This document shows, one piece after another, positions 54,290-64,000 of a DNA stretch of 64,000 nt (positions are counted from its first letter, which is position 1; each line of letters opens with the position of its first letter). The stretch comes from Candidatus Latescibacterota bacterium (lineage in GTDB: Bacteria; Latescibacterota; UBA2968; UBA8231): positions 3,520,001 to 3,584,000 of the forward strand of contig CBDETY010000003.1 in the NCBI GenBank assembly GCA_965243025.1. Reading direction: 5' to 3'. Position numbers and translations under genes: made by a program. The notes below the pieces were generated by a model. The model made no database searches, was not told the origin of the DNA, and worked only from the letters and a program-made list of their open reading frames with translations.

Positions 54290-56291
54290 CGAGGGTCACC
54301 GGGGTGCGGTGGCCGGACCTGGAGCCGCCGCGGTCGGAGGCCGCCTTCGCTCTCGCGACGATCCAGTAGACTCCGCTGGCCGCAAGCCGTCCGCCCCGGT
54401 CGAGGCCGTCCCAGGCGATCTCGCGCGAGCCGGACGGAGGGGCCAGGTCCCTGATGCGCTGGCCCAGGGCGTTGTACACGGAGATCTCCAACCCCTCGGT
54501 ATCCCCGGTGAAGGGGATGCGGACCTCGGCGTTGAAGGGATTGGGGAACCCGGGGCCGAGTCTGAAAACCGGGCTGGCGGCGGCGACCGCCGGGCCCGGC
54601 CGGCCGCGGGCGTCCAGCGGTCCGACCGCGACTACTCGCATCCCGCCGCCCAGGGTCAGCTCCAGGACCTGACGCCGACCGCGGTTGAGTGGAATGCTGT
54701 GCCACCGTCCCACGACCTTGCCCTCGGAGGTGAGGGCGCGGGCCTGGTAGAAACCGGTGACCCGGTCGGTGCTGGAGATGGTCAGGGCCACCCGGCCCGC
54801 CGCGTCGGTGACCGCGCTCCAGGCGTAGTCGCGCCGGCGCCCGGCAATGGCGCGGGAGAACTCGACGGTCAAACCCTCGACCGCGTCGCCCAGGACCGTG
54901 GCCTCCACCCCCGTGCGGCGCGCGGCGACCGGCTGCAGGTGGCGCGCCGATATCTCGAACTCCCCAATTACAGCGGAGGTTCTGCCGACGATCAGCGCCA
55001 TGCTGTCGATCTCCGCCGCAATCGCGGAGCCCCGGTTCGAGGCATCGAGCTCGAGCTCGCGAAACTCGCTTCCCCCGGCGCGCATCGACCGTGTCCAGAC
55101 CCGGTACCGCCCCCCTTCCTTTCCGGCGAACTCCAACTGAACACTCCCCGGGGTTCGCAACAGAATGGCGATCGTTCCCCACCGATCCTCGACGCTGCCC
55201 ATGCGGCTCTCCAGCGGCAGCCTGTCGATCGGGTACCAGAGCGCCCGCCGTCCCCTCAGCGCCCCGTAGGTGATCTCATCCCCTTCCGCGGCGTAGTTGC
55301 CGAGGATCCACCCCGACCAGGCCTCCTCGAAGTCCCCGCGCAGGCCGAGACCGGCAAAGGCGGCGTCGATGCCGGGGATGCCGTTCTCCTGCTCCGCCAC
55401 GACGGCGCGGATCAGGTCCCCGCCGTAACGCTCGGCCAGAAAAGCCGAAAACAGGTAGGTCGATCCGTAGTTCCAGGCCCGGTTTTCCCACGCGGTCAGG
55501 CCGGCGCCCGGGCGCCGCAGGAACGCGCCGACGACGGTCGAATCCGCCTCGGGAAACCCGGTCAGGGCCTCGGCGTACCCCGACATCCCCTCGTTCACCC
55601 AGATCTCCTCGTCCATGTCGTGGCCCCAGTGGATGAGGTGCTGGAACTCGTGCGCGAGGGTGCCGCGCGCCAGGTACGTCTGGCGGCGCAGGTACCACTC
55701 GTCGACGTAGAGGATGTCCCTGCGCATTTCGGGAACCTCGTGCCCGGCGACCCGGGCGTCGAAGAACCCGACCAGGCGGGAATCGGGGATGTCGAGAATC
55801 AGCAGGAACACCTGGGGGTAGCCGTCGACGTCGGGAACAGCGCCGAAGGCCTCGGTGCACAGGTCGTGGATGCCGCGGCCGGGATCGGCCGGGGTGGCGC
55901 GCTCGAACAGGTCGGCGACGACGTCTACGTGGGATTGCAGTATCGAGCCGCCGTTGGTGTCCCACTGGCGGTCCTCGACGAACACGAACACCCGTTCTCC
56001 GGCGTAGCGGCAGGTCGCCTGCACAAGGCGCGGGTTGCCGGCGACGGGGAACTCCTGCCGGGTCCCGACGCCGATCTCCGGGAGATCCTGCCGGGCGTCA
56101 GCGCTCCCGGCCGGTTTGGCGGCCCGGAGCGGATGGTCCGGAAGCGGGAACTCCGTGGCAAGCAGCTCGACGAGGCGCGTGCCGCACTGGTACGGGGCCG
56201 CGGCCGACCCCTGGTCCGGGCGCACGCCGACGGCGCCAAGGACAACCGCGAAAAGGAAAACGACTCCTGGCCTGTCCGTGGCGACCTGCAT
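54282..56291 (-). CDS. Secreted zinc metallopeptidase (M30-like) with an extra Ig-like domain and FlgD-Ig/T9SS-type C-terminal domain
   Basis: Signal peptide, TLAHEFQHLI...WVNEGMS, C-terminal FPNPFN...VYNALGQRIR...WDG.D..G..AASGVY. Confidence 0.85.
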   Translation of the reverse strand: MQVATDRPGVVFLFAVVLGAVGVRPDQGSAAAPYQCGTRLVELLATEFPLPDHPLRAAKPAGSADARQDLPEIGVGTRQEFPVAGNPRLVQATCRYAGERVFVFVEDRQWDTNGGSILQSHVDVVADLFERATPADPGRGIHDLCTEAFGAVPDVDGYPQVFLLILDIPDSRLVGFFDARVAGHEVPEMRRDILYVDEWYLRRQTYLARGTLAHEFQHLIHWGHDMDEEIWVNEGMSGYAEALTGFPEADSTVVGAFLRRPGAGLTAWENRAWNYGSTYLFSAFLAERYGGDLIRAVVAEQENGIPGIDAAFAGLGLRGDFEEAWSGWILGNYAAEGDEITYGALRGRRALWYPIDRLPLESRMGSVEDRWGTIAILLRTPGSVQLEFAGKEGGRYRVWTRSMRAGGSEFRELELDASNRGSAIAAEIDSMALIVGRTSAVIGEFEISARHLQPVAARRTGVEATVLGDAVEGLTVEFSRAIAGRRRDYAWSAVTDAAGRVALTISSTDRVTGFYQARALTSEGKVVGRWHSIPLNRGRRQVLELTLGGGMRVVAVGPLDARGRPGPAVAAASPVFRLGPGFPNPFNAEVRIPFTGDTEGLEISVYNALGQRIRDLAPPSGSREIAWDGLDRGGRLAASGVYWIVARAKAASDRGGSRSGHRTPVTLVR

Positions 56292-56302
56292 TGCGCGATG
56301 CG

Positions 56303-56953
56303 TCAGAAGCGGTGGATCAGGGACACGGCCGTCCCCCGCGGAAGGAGTACCAGGTCCAACTCCACCGCTCGCTCCGGCGCCCGGGCGGCAGCCTCCGCGT
56401 CATGGGAGCTCATTGACCGGCGGGCGGCGTGGACCGCGGCAACGAGATGGTTGGCGATGATCAGCCCGGTCGCCATCACGGCGTTGCGGTCGGCGCCCCG
56501 GGCGGAATTCCGCAGCTCGCGGAAGCGCAGGCGCGACTCGGCCCGGTCCCATTCCCAGAAGAACTCGCCGCTGTCGGGGTACAGCTGCGCCGAGGCCCCC
56601 TCTTCCACCGCGGCGTAGCGGTTGTGCTGATGGAAACTCTCGTAGAACCCGAGGTCGTCGAAGTACTGCTTCGACTTCCCCGACGGTCTGGCGCCGGCGT
56701 GAACCGCGGCGTGGGTCCGGAAGTTCCGCTCGCGGATATCGGCGACCCGTCGAAATCCAAGGTAGCTCCCCCAGAGGGCGGCCTCGAAGCCGAGAAAGCG
56801 GGCGGCCGCCGTCGAGTGGCCGTTCAGGTACTGGCCGGCCCCCGGAAGCAGCAGCGACGACCAGAAGGCCCTGGCCGCGGATGTCCCGGCATGGGCGGGA
56901 GCCGCCAGCACCAGCAGGGCGAGAACCCCTGGAGCGAGGGCGCGCAGCGCCAT
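56303..56953 (-). CDS. Membrane/exported protein (DUF5683-like)
   Basis: AFWSSLLLPGAGQYLNG...FLGFEAALW, NHLVAAVHA; paralogous to the upstream gene. Confidence 0.7.
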   Translation of the reverse strand: MALRALAPGVLALLVLAAPAHAGTSAARAFWSSLLLPGAGQYLNGHSTAAARFLGFEAALWGSYLGFRRVADIRERNFRTHAAVHAGARPSGKSKQYFDDLGFYESFHQHNRYAAVEEGASAQLYPDSGEFFWEWDRAESRLRFRELRNSARGADRNAVMATGLIIANHLVAAVHAARRSMSSHDAEAAARAPERAVELDLVLLPRGTAVSLIHRF

Positions 56954-57907
56954 TCAGAAAAGCGGCCTCCAGGCGAGGATCATCGGGGTCTTTCCCGACG
57001 GGCCGCCGCGGACGAAGGCGAGCCTCGTGCGGCGCTGAAGCGTTGCCTTGTCGGCGCCGCGGGCAGCGAGGCGGGCGGCCCGGGAGGCGTCGATGGCGCT
57101 GATGACGTGGTTGACGAGGATCAGGCCCGCTACGTTGGTCGCTCTTTTCAGGAACCTGTTGCTTTCGTTCCGCTGGTCCTCGTAGGCGAAGCGCTGCTCG
57201 GAAACGAAGTTCTCGGCCGAGTCGATCTCGGTCGGCTGAACGAGGTTGCCGCCCCGGTCCCTGACGTCTTCCCATCCGGAGACGAACTGGTCGTACTTCC
57301 CGATCAGCTCGTAGTACTGCTGCCTCTCGACCTCGGGGCACTGGGAAATCCCCTCTCCACCGACGACGAAGGTGCTGCACGGCAGGGCGTGGGTGATCGA
57401 TGAATTGCGCGAGATCGTCGACCCTCTCCAGTCCATGTACCGGAGGACGTCCCACTGCTCGTCGGCGACCCCCCTGAAATCCTCCTCGATATCCTTGCCC
57501 TTGCCGTTCCAGGAGAAATACAGCCCCCAGGCCGCCGCTTCCAGGCCGAAGAACAGGACCGCCCTTTTCCGGGCCCCGGCGTACAACTCGCCGAATCCGG
57601 GCAGCATTGCCGAATAGAGCAGCGCACGCCCCGGCGACTTGGGCGGCTTCGGCTCCGGGGATACTGCCGCGGGACCTTCCGCGCTGTCCGCCTGCGCCAG
57701 CATTCGCGGCCGGACGCTGCCGTCCGCAACCGACGCGAACAGCCGCGGCAGCTGCCCGTTCACGGTCAGGGAGGACTTCCCGTGCTGCGGCGGAGCAGGG
57801 CTTGCGGTCCCCTCTTCGGCCCCTGCAGCACCGGCGAGGAAGCAGAAGAGCGCCAGCACCGGGGTGCTTCTGCGGGCGGCATTTCCTCCGGCACTCGGAA
57901 TCAGCAT
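56954..57907 (-). CDS. Membrane/exported protein (DUF5683-like)
   Basis: KSPGRALLYSAMLPGFGELYAG...FFGLEAAAW, QQYYELIGKYDQF..GW, NHVISAIDA. Confidence 0.72.
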   Translation of the reverse strand: MLIPSAGGNAARRSTPVLALFCFLAGAAGAEEGTASPAPPQHGKSSLTVNGQLPRLFASVADGSVRPRMLAQADSAEGPAAVSPEPKPPKSPGRALLYSAMLPGFGELYAGARKRAVLFFGLEAAAWGLYFSWNGKGKDIEEDFRGVADEQWDVLRYMDWRGSTISRNSSITHALPCSTFVVGGEGISQCPEVERQQYYELIGKYDQFVSGWEDVRDRGGNLVQPTEIDSAENFVSEQRFAYEDQRNESNRFLKRATNVAGLILVNHVISAIDASRAARLAARGADKATLQRRTRLAFVRGGPSGKTPMILAWRPLF

Positions 57908-57920
57908 CGCGACATCCTTT

Positions 57921-60900
57921 CTACAGATAACCGAACAGCACGGTGAGGTAGAATTTCCAGGGGGAGCGTCCGGGCAGCTCGTCGATCCCGCGGGCGAGAT
58001 CGGCCTGTGCCCGGGTGGGCAAACTGTAATACGAGATCGAATCGAGGCGCAACTGAAACCCGATGTCGCGCAACGGCCCGGAGCGGCCGTAGAAGGGGTC
58101 GAGATCGCCGAACTCCCCGTCCCAGGCTTTGCCGAGGCTGCCGTAGACCGCCCCGTACAGCTTGTCGAGGTAGATGTGAAAGAGCCGCTTCCGCATGTCC
58201 GGCAGCAGCGGAAAGCGGAACAGCGCCGATCCCATCGCCGCCTTGCGGCCCTCGATGCTGTAAAAGGTGTACCCCTTCATGTACTGCAGGCCGCCGATGT
58301 GGTAGTCGAAGAAGTCGTTGACGCGGTCGTCGTCGTCGACCTCGCCGCTGTCGATCCACCCCCCGAAGAAACGCAGCTCCAGGGCGGTGCCGAACGGCGT
58401 GCCGAGGTATTCCTTCCAGTCGAGCTCCCACTGGTTGTAGAAAAGCCCGAGGTACACCTCCTCGAGGAAGGAGGCGTTGCTGCGGTTGAACTCCTCGAGG
58501 AAGTAGTTGAACACGCGGTCGTAGCGGAACCTGATGCGCCGGCCCCCGCGAGGGTTTATGTCCCTGTCGCGGCGCCGCTCCACCGCCTGGTAATCGTAGC
58601 GTGCCCCGAGGGCGAAGCCGTTCAGGTAGGTGTAGCCGATCGGCTTCATGCGGCGGCGCTCGAACCCGGGGGCGCCGTCGCTGCGGGGAACGAAGGCTTC
58701 CCAGTCGAGGCCGGCGTCGTAGCGGTCGTAGGTCAGCGACAGGGTGAGCTGCCGCCTCAGGGAGGGCCGCTCGTCCCCGATCCGCAGGCCGGCAGCGACC
58801 TGGTTGAGGCTGAAGTTCATCCCGGTGATTATGGCGTCCCGGGCTTCGCTGCTGTCGCCGCGGCTGGTGTGGCGTTTCTGGTGGTAGTACTCGAGAAAGA
58901 GGGTCGGCCGCCAGCGGCGGTGCTCGTACAGGGCGAAGAGCTCGCGGTCGCCGTTGCCCGGTGCGATGGCGAAGCCGCCGAACAGGCTCTGCTTCCGCAG
59001 GACGTCGGAAGAGGAGGCGTACGCTCCCCCCTTTACGCGGCCCTCGTCCCACACCAGGCGCGGCAGCACCATTGTCCTGAGCAGCTCTCCTCCGTACGCC
59101 CGCGGGGCGGAAATCCCTGTGGGGGCTGCCGCCGAAGTCTGCTGCGCAAGTACTCCTGCTTCCGGAGAGGCCGGGGTCGGTCGGGCAAACTCTGTGCCCC
59201 CGGCCCGGGCGTCGAGGCCTGCTGCCGGCCTTGAGAAGGATTGCGAGGCAGCGGCCGGGTGCGCCGAGGCGGTTGGCGTCCCGGCGCTCGACAGCCTTCC
59301 CGTCCCCTCTCGCGCTCCCGGATCAGCTACGGTGCGCAGACGGAACCCGTCCGCTCCGTAGGCGGAGAAGACCACGCTGCCGCCGGGACCGGCCGCCGGA
59401 TTGATCGCGCCCCCGACCACGTTGGTTATCCGGCGGATCCCTCCCTCCACGACAGAAATCGCGTAGATATTGAAAATCCCGGTCGCGTCGGAGGCGAACA
59501 GGATCTCTCCACCCGTCGTCCAGGCCGGATCGCGTTCGGTTGCCCCGGTGGCCACCAGCGGCCGCATGGGACCGGCGAGGCCCGTGTCGGTGTGAATCGC
59601 AGGTCCGCTCGACGGCTTCCCGTCACCTTCCCTCAGCTTCCCGGCAGCCGCCTCGATCCCGCCGCGCTCGAGGTCGACCAGGACGATGTCCCGCTGCCCC
59701 CCGCGGGAGACCGACAGGGCCAGGGTCCCTCCGTCCGGCGACCAGGCAGGGGTGTAGAGCTCGGTGCCGTCGGCGAAATCGGTGAGGTAGAGGACGATGT
59801 CCCCAACGGCGCTGAGCAGGCCGAGGTTGTTCGAGCCGCCCTGGTTGCGGATGAACGCCAGCCACTCGCCGTCCGGGGACCAGGCCGGGTAGAAGGCGCG
59901 CAGTCCGGCGGAAAGCTGCTCCACCCGTTCCGGTTCCGGAGAGTAGGAGAGGACCATTCCAGGGAGCGCCCAGGACAGCTTCGACAGCAACCCCGGCTCA
60001 TCGCCGTCGAGGTCGCAGGTGAACAGGTCCGCCTGGCGCGAGCCGTACCTGTCGGCGCTGTGCTTGCGCACGTAGGCGATCCTGCGTCCGTCGGGCGACC
60101 AGGCCGGACGCGACACCACGCCGCCGGCGACGACTTCATCCTCGCCGGTCTCGAGGTCGCGGATGACGAGCCGGTGGGGTCCGTACTCCCCCGCTCCGGT
60201 GGACAGGAAGGCGAGCCGGTCTCCTGCGGGCGCGTACACGGGATGGATGTTGGAGAACCCCGAGTCGGTGATCTCCTCCCCTTCCCGCAGCTCCCCGAGC
60301 CCTGCGAGCTGCCTGGTGTAGACCTCGCGAAGATGCCGCCGCCACCCATCGTAGAGCTGGCCGGCGGTGATGCCGAGCACTTCCTCGACAGGGCCGTCGA
60401 TCTCGAGGGTGCGCCAGTCGGAGAGAGCGGCGCAGAGCTGCCGCAGGGCGTCGTCGCCGTGCTCGGCGGCGATGTAGCGGACCAGGGCGTAGCCGTGGTC
60501 GTAGACGAACTCGTTGCCGAAACCGGATTTGCCGAACACTCCCATCTGATCGAAGGACAGCAGCTCCTCCTCGAGCGCGGCGACGCGCAGCACCATGTCG
60601 CGGTTGGCGTCCCAGCGGTCGTGCCTTGCGGCGGCCACCTGGTACTGCGCCACCCCCTCGGCGAACCACATCGGGAAGACCGTGGCCGCCAGGGGATAGG
60701 AGACCAGCAGGTCGGGGAACCCGGTCAGGATATCGGGGCGGTTGCGCTCCCGCTGGTACCCGAAATGCTGGAGGTAAAGCGCCGGGGTGCGCTGCCATGC
60801 CTTGCGCGCCGCCCCGAGGGAGACGATGTGCACGAACTCGTGGGTGATGACGTTTGCCAGCCAGTCGCAGGTGCCGCGCAGGTCGAAGTCGTGATCGAGG

Positions 60901-61205
60901 GGAGTGGTCCAGATCTCGATGGCGTCGTGATAGAAGAAGGCGGCGCCGTTGGCGTAGTCGTCGTAGTCCTTGAGAACGATGCGCACCCTGCCGCCGGGGC
61001 GGTAGCGGTAGAGCTCGGTCACCGGACCGTACGCGGCCTCGGCGATCTCGGCCGCCCTCCCGGCAGCCCGGCGCAGACCGTCGTGGTAGAAAACCTCGAA
61101 GTGGGGGGTCTGCAGGACCTCCCACTGCAGCTCGGGGTGGTTCTGTGCCCGGGAGGCTCCCTGCCAGAACAGCAGGACGAGGAGGGCCGGGGCCGCCTTC
61201 CTCAT
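57921..61205 (-). CDS. Zincin domain + PD40/TolB-like propeller + C-terminal beta-barrel (BamA/TamA-like) protein
   Basis: ATG 61205, signal peptide, W..LQTPHFEVFYH, THEFVH...WFAEGVA, PAWSPDG repeats, beta-rich C-terminus with MKGY and terminal FYLTVLFGYL. Confidence 0.85.
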   Translation of the reverse strand: MRKAAPALLVLLFWQGASRAQNHPELQWEVLQTPHFEVFYHDGLRRAAGRAAEIAEAAYGPVTELYRYRPGGRVRIVLKDYDDYANGAAFFYHDAIEIWTTPLDHDFDLRGTCDWLANVITHEFVHIVSLGAARKAWQRTPALYLQHFGYQRERNRPDILTGFPDLLVSYPLAATVFPMWFAEGVAQYQVAAARHDRWDANRDMVLRVAALEEELLSFDQMGVFGKSGFGNEFVYDHGYALVRYIAAEHGDDALRQLCAALSDWRTLEIDGPVEEVLGITAGQLYDGWRRHLREVYTRQLAGLGELREGEEITDSGFSNIHPVYAPAGDRLAFLSTGAGEYGPHRLVIRDLETGEDEVVAGGVVSRPAWSPDGRRIAYVRKHSADRYGSRQADLFTCDLDGDEPGLLSKLSWALPGMVLSYSPEPERVEQLSAGLRAFYPAWSPDGEWLAFIRNQGGSNNLGLLSAVGDIVLYLTDFADGTELYTPAWSPDGGTLALSVSRGGQRDIVLVDLERGGIEAAAGKLREGDGKPSSGPAIHTDTGLAGPMRPLVATGATERDPAWTTGGEILFASDATGIFNIYAISVVEGGIRRITNVVGGAINPAAGPGGSVVFSAYGADGFRLRTVADPGAREGTGRLSSAGTPTASAHPAAASQSFSRPAAGLDARAGGTEFARPTPASPEAGVLAQQTSAAAPTGISAPRAYGGELLRTMVLPRLVWDEGRVKGGAYASSSDVLRKQSLFGGFAIAPGNGDRELFALYEHRRWRPTLFLEYYHQKRHTSRGDSSEARDAIITGMNFSLNQVAAGLRIGDERPSLRRQLTLSLTYDRYDAGLDWEAFVPRSDGAPGFERRRMKPIGYTYLNGFALGARYDYQAVERRRDRDINPRGGRRIRFRYDRVFNYFLEEFNRSNASFLEEVYLGLFYNQWELDWKEYLGTPFGTALELRFFGGWIDSGEVDDDDRVNDFFDYHIGGLQYMKGYTFYSIEGRKAAMGSALFRFPLLPDMRKRLFHIYLDKLYGAVYGSLGKAWDGEFGDLDPFYGRSGPLRDIGFQLRLDSISYYSLPTRAQADLARGIDELPGRSPWKFYLTVLFGYL

Positions 61206-64000
61206 CGGGCGACCGCCATGCGCACGATGACGTGGCCGCGGCTGCCGTCGGCGGCGCTCGCCTCGAGCCGGCACAGGTAAAGCCCGCTTTCGTAGTCGCC
61301 GGTCCCCCAGGTGATTTCGTTTTCCCCGGGTTCCGCCTGCGGCGATCCGGCGTTCCACCGCCGCTTTTCCACCCGCCTTCCGATGGCGTCGAACACCTCG
61401 AGCTCGAGATCGGCCGGCCGGCTCAGAAAAAAGCGCAGGTGGGCGCGGTCCAGCGAACCGACCGGATTGGGGTAGCAATAGGCCCTGTCGGCCGGCAGCA
61501 GGGCGATCCCGGGCAGGGCGGCCGGGGAGCGTCCTCCGCGCACGGCGCGGCTCCCCTGCGCGTCAGCGGCGCCCTGGCCCCAGGCGGCGGTTCCGCTCCC
61601 GCCCAGTGCGGGAGAAAGGCTCTCCGCATCCCATGCATAAGCGAAATCTCCGGCCAGGGCGGCGATCTCCAGCCCTCCGTCGCCGTCGAGGTCGGAGGCG
61701 ACCGGCGTCGAGCCGACTGCCGCTGCCGTCAGCACCGGGAAGCCGCCGAGCTGACCGCCGCCGTCGTCGATGGCGGCGATCGCACCGGCGCTCGCCGCCA
61801 CGAGGATCTCCTGTCTTCCGTCCCCGTCGAGGTCGGCCAGCAGCGGCTCCCACTCGGTAGTTCCCAGCTTCTGGTGCCTCGGGAACTCCACCGGAAACGA
61901 CGGCATCCGGTGGCCGTTCTCCCGCAACAGATCGACGGCGGCTCCGGAAGCGACGGCAATCTCGAGGGAACCGTCGCCGTCGACGTCTCCGAGGGCGGCG
62001 GGGGCGTCAGCTCCGTGCGGCAGCATCGCCTGCCAGAGGACCTCCCCTTCCCCGCTCAGGGCGGTGACCCTGCCGCCGGCGTCGACGGAGATGATCTCCC
62101 CGCCGCTGTCGCCGCCCAGGTCCCCGGCGACGCTCGGCAACAGCGGGCCTTCGCCTCCAGGTTCCCAGATCCTGCGGGGTCCCTCCGGCCCCAGGCCGGA
62201 AACCGCGTCCGGCGTGGTGACCAGCAGCAGCGCGGATCCCCCGCCGTCGGGCAGCAGGCCGAGGGCCACCGCTCCGGTGAGGCCGGCACCAGCCAGTACC
62301 TCGCCGGTACCCGCCTTCAGCAACTCGATTCTCGAGCCGGTTGCCACGGCCAGGACCGCCTCGGGCGACAGGCCCCCCGGACCGCTGTAAAGCCCGAGAA
62401 CCGCCTCTTCGCCGAGACTCGCCGACCACAGCGGCCCGTCTTGCAGCGGAAGGGATGCGGCGACTTCCCCTCCTGAGGCCACGAACACCGGACCGGGTTC
62501 CCCCGGCCTCCCGGCAGCGGCGGCGAGGTAGGCGCCGGTAAAGGAATCGGAAACGGTTGCCCGACCCCCGGCGAACAGGTGAACGCCCCGGTCGTTTTGC
62601 GCCAGCAGCTCAGCGGCCCCGTCGCCGTCGAGGTCGACCGCCTGCAGCCGCGCCCCCGCCGGCAGGCTTCCCGGCCAGCCCGGAAGGGGGCCGTCGAAGC
62701 TGATTCCGACCGTCATCACGTCCTCGAGAGAGGAGATTACTTCGATGCGAATGCCGCTGGCGACCCCGGTGTTGGCGCCGCTGTTCGGCGTCGTGCCGGG
62801 ACCGAACAGGGTCTTCGACCGGATGCCGCCTCGCCCTTCCCCGGCAAAGAAGGGATCGGCCGGACTGCCTTCGGTGACGTCCTGGCGGTCGAAGAAGGCG
62901 TTGCCGATGTCGCGCCCGCCGTCCGCCTCCTCCAGCGCGATCCCGGGGAAGACGCGGTCGTTGTTGATTCCGCCCTCCGCTTCCCGGGCGGCGATCACCG
63001 CCTCGTCGACGTGCCAGATCAGGATCCCGGACCCTGGAACGAAGGCGTCGTACTCCTCGACCCCGAGCCAGACCCCGGCCATGTCGCCCCCATCCGAATC
63101 GCCCGACCCGGAAAACTCCACCTGATCCGGCTCGATCCAGGTCACCGCGGTTCCCGCGAAGGGCGGCTCGACCCCCTCGGGCAGGTCGGCGTTGCCGCGG
63201 CGCTGGCGGTTCCCGATCAGGAAATACTCCGTCGCCGAAACCGGCACCTGCACCGCCTTGTGCTGTCCCGGCGCAACCGTGCGGTCCGTCGCCGCCACCG
63301 CGACCGCGGTATCCCGCCGCACGACGAGCGGTTCGATCCAGCCGAGACGGGCCTTGCTCCAGGCCATCGGGTGGGGGGGCACGAACCCGAACAGAGTCTC
63401 CAGCTCCCCTCCCTGCAGCAGGAAACCGACCCGGTTGGGACCGACGTCCATCAGGCTCCAGCCTCCCGCACCCGGCAGACCGGCGGCGAAGTTCGACATG
63501 CCCGGCAGCCCGAGCTGGTGGCCGAAGAACTTCGCCATCAGGCCGTTGAGCCCGGCGCGGCCGCGGTCGTCGGCCGCCTCCGGGAGGATCCACGCCTCGC
63601 GGATCCCGGCGCCGTCGGCGAGAACCGGACCCCCTGCGGCACTGCTCTCGAAGTCGTCCGCCGACAGGAACACCGAGAGTATGTCATTCAGATTCTGTCC
63701 GGTCTCGTGCCCGTAGCCGGCATGCAGGAACAGATAGCTGTCGAACCGGGAAAAATCGGGACCCCCGGGATCGGCCCGGGCCAGCTCGACGGCGTCGCGC
63801 ACGAGCTGAACCCACTTGTCGTTTATCTCCTGCGGCGAGCGGCCGTTGCCGTACTGCAGGGCCGGCTCAGGCAGGGTGTAGGCGTCGTTCAGGCCAGCCG
63901 GGAAAACCTCGTGCTCGATGGCGACGCGGCCTTCCGAAACGGTCCGGTAGTAGCGGCCGAGAGCCTCGAGATGGCGCTCGAAATAGAGGCGGTCGTGGGG
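61202..64000 (-). CDS. Immune inhibitor A (M6)-like domain + FG-GAP repeats + FlgD-Ig/T9SS-type C-terminal domain; start lies beyond the window
   Basis: Frame open to 64000 (PHDRLYFERHL...); FLHAGYG, GHQLGLP, WSLMD.G, PH..AWSK..LGW, EYFLI.NR, GILIWHVD, D.DGDG repeats, YPNPV...SGLYLCRL. Confidence 0.88.
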   Translation of the reverse strand, partial: PHDRLYFERHLEALGRYYRTVSEGRVAIEHEVFPAGLNDAYTLPEPALQYGNGRSPQEINDKWVQLVRDAVELARADPGGPDFSRFDSYLFLHAGYGHETGQNLNDILSVFLSADDFESSAAGGPVLADGAGIREAWILPEAADDRGRAGLNGLMAKFFGHQLGLPGMSNFAAGLPGAGGWSLMDVGPNRVGFLLQGGELETLFGFVPPHPMAWSKARLGWIEPLVVRRDTAVAVAATDRTVAPGQHKAVQVPVSATEYFLIGNRQRRGNADLPEGVEPPFAGTAVTWIEPDQVEFSGSGDSDGGDMAGVWLGVEEYDAFVPGSGILIWHVDEAVIAAREAEGGINNDRVFPGIALEEADGGRDIGNAFFDRQDVTEGSPADPFFAGEGRGGIRSKTLFGPGTTPNSGANTGVASGIRIEVISSLEDVMTVGISFDGPLPGWPGSLPAGARLQAVDLDGDGAAELLAQNDRGVHLFAGGRATVSDSFTGAYLAAAAGRPGEPGPVFVASGGEVAASLPLQDGPLWSASLGEEAVLGLYSGPGGLSPEAVLAVATGSRIELLKAGTGEVLAGAGLTGAVALGLLPDGGGSALLLVTTPDAVSGLGPEGPRRIWEPGGEGPLLPSVAGDLGGDSGGEIISVDAGGRVTALSGEGEVLWQAMLPHGADAPAALGDVDGDGSLEIAVASGAAVDLLRENGHRMPSFPVEFPRHQKLGTTEWEPLLADLDGDGRQEILVAASAGAIAAIDDGGGQLGGFPVLTAAAVGSTPVASDLDGDGGLEIAALAGDFAYAWDAESLSPALGGSGTAAWGQGAADAQGSRAVRGGRSPAALPGIALLPADRAYCYPNPVGSLDRAHLRFFLSRPADLELEVFDAIGRRVEKRRWNAGSPQAEPGENEITWGTGDYESGLYLCRLEASAADGSRGHVIVRMAVAR

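Overview
High-GC bacterial chromosomal segment. The gene content (PorV-like barrel, FlgD-Ig/T9SS-type C-terminal domains, TonB-dependent receptor) suggests an FCB-superphylum diderm such as Latescibacterota or Gemmatimonadota; this taxonomy is an inference. Core genes: acyl-CoA ligase, ilvBN, ppdK, parAB, larB-mobA, heme O synthase, ligA, argRBDH, tilS-ftsH-folP-cdaA, lexA, glycerate kinase, era, purD and folBK. Accessory envelope loci: (i) a 1989-aa lipoprotein of about 19 fibronectin-III domains built from near-identical DNA blocks (3081-bp and 930-bp periods), with chimeric domains joined at a shared ~75-bp core; (ii) a small-ORF/porin/imelysin/di-heme operon preceded by an in-phase array of 20-bp palindromic operators; (iii) a tightly coupled operon of an M6-like probable pseudo-protease, a zincin-propeller-barrel protein, two small membrane proteins and an M30-like protease; (iv) an orphan structured element upstream of folB that may be an IS110-type end. 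I saw no rRNA, tRNA, CRISPR array or intact transposase. All family assignments come from motif recognition by eye; no searches were run.
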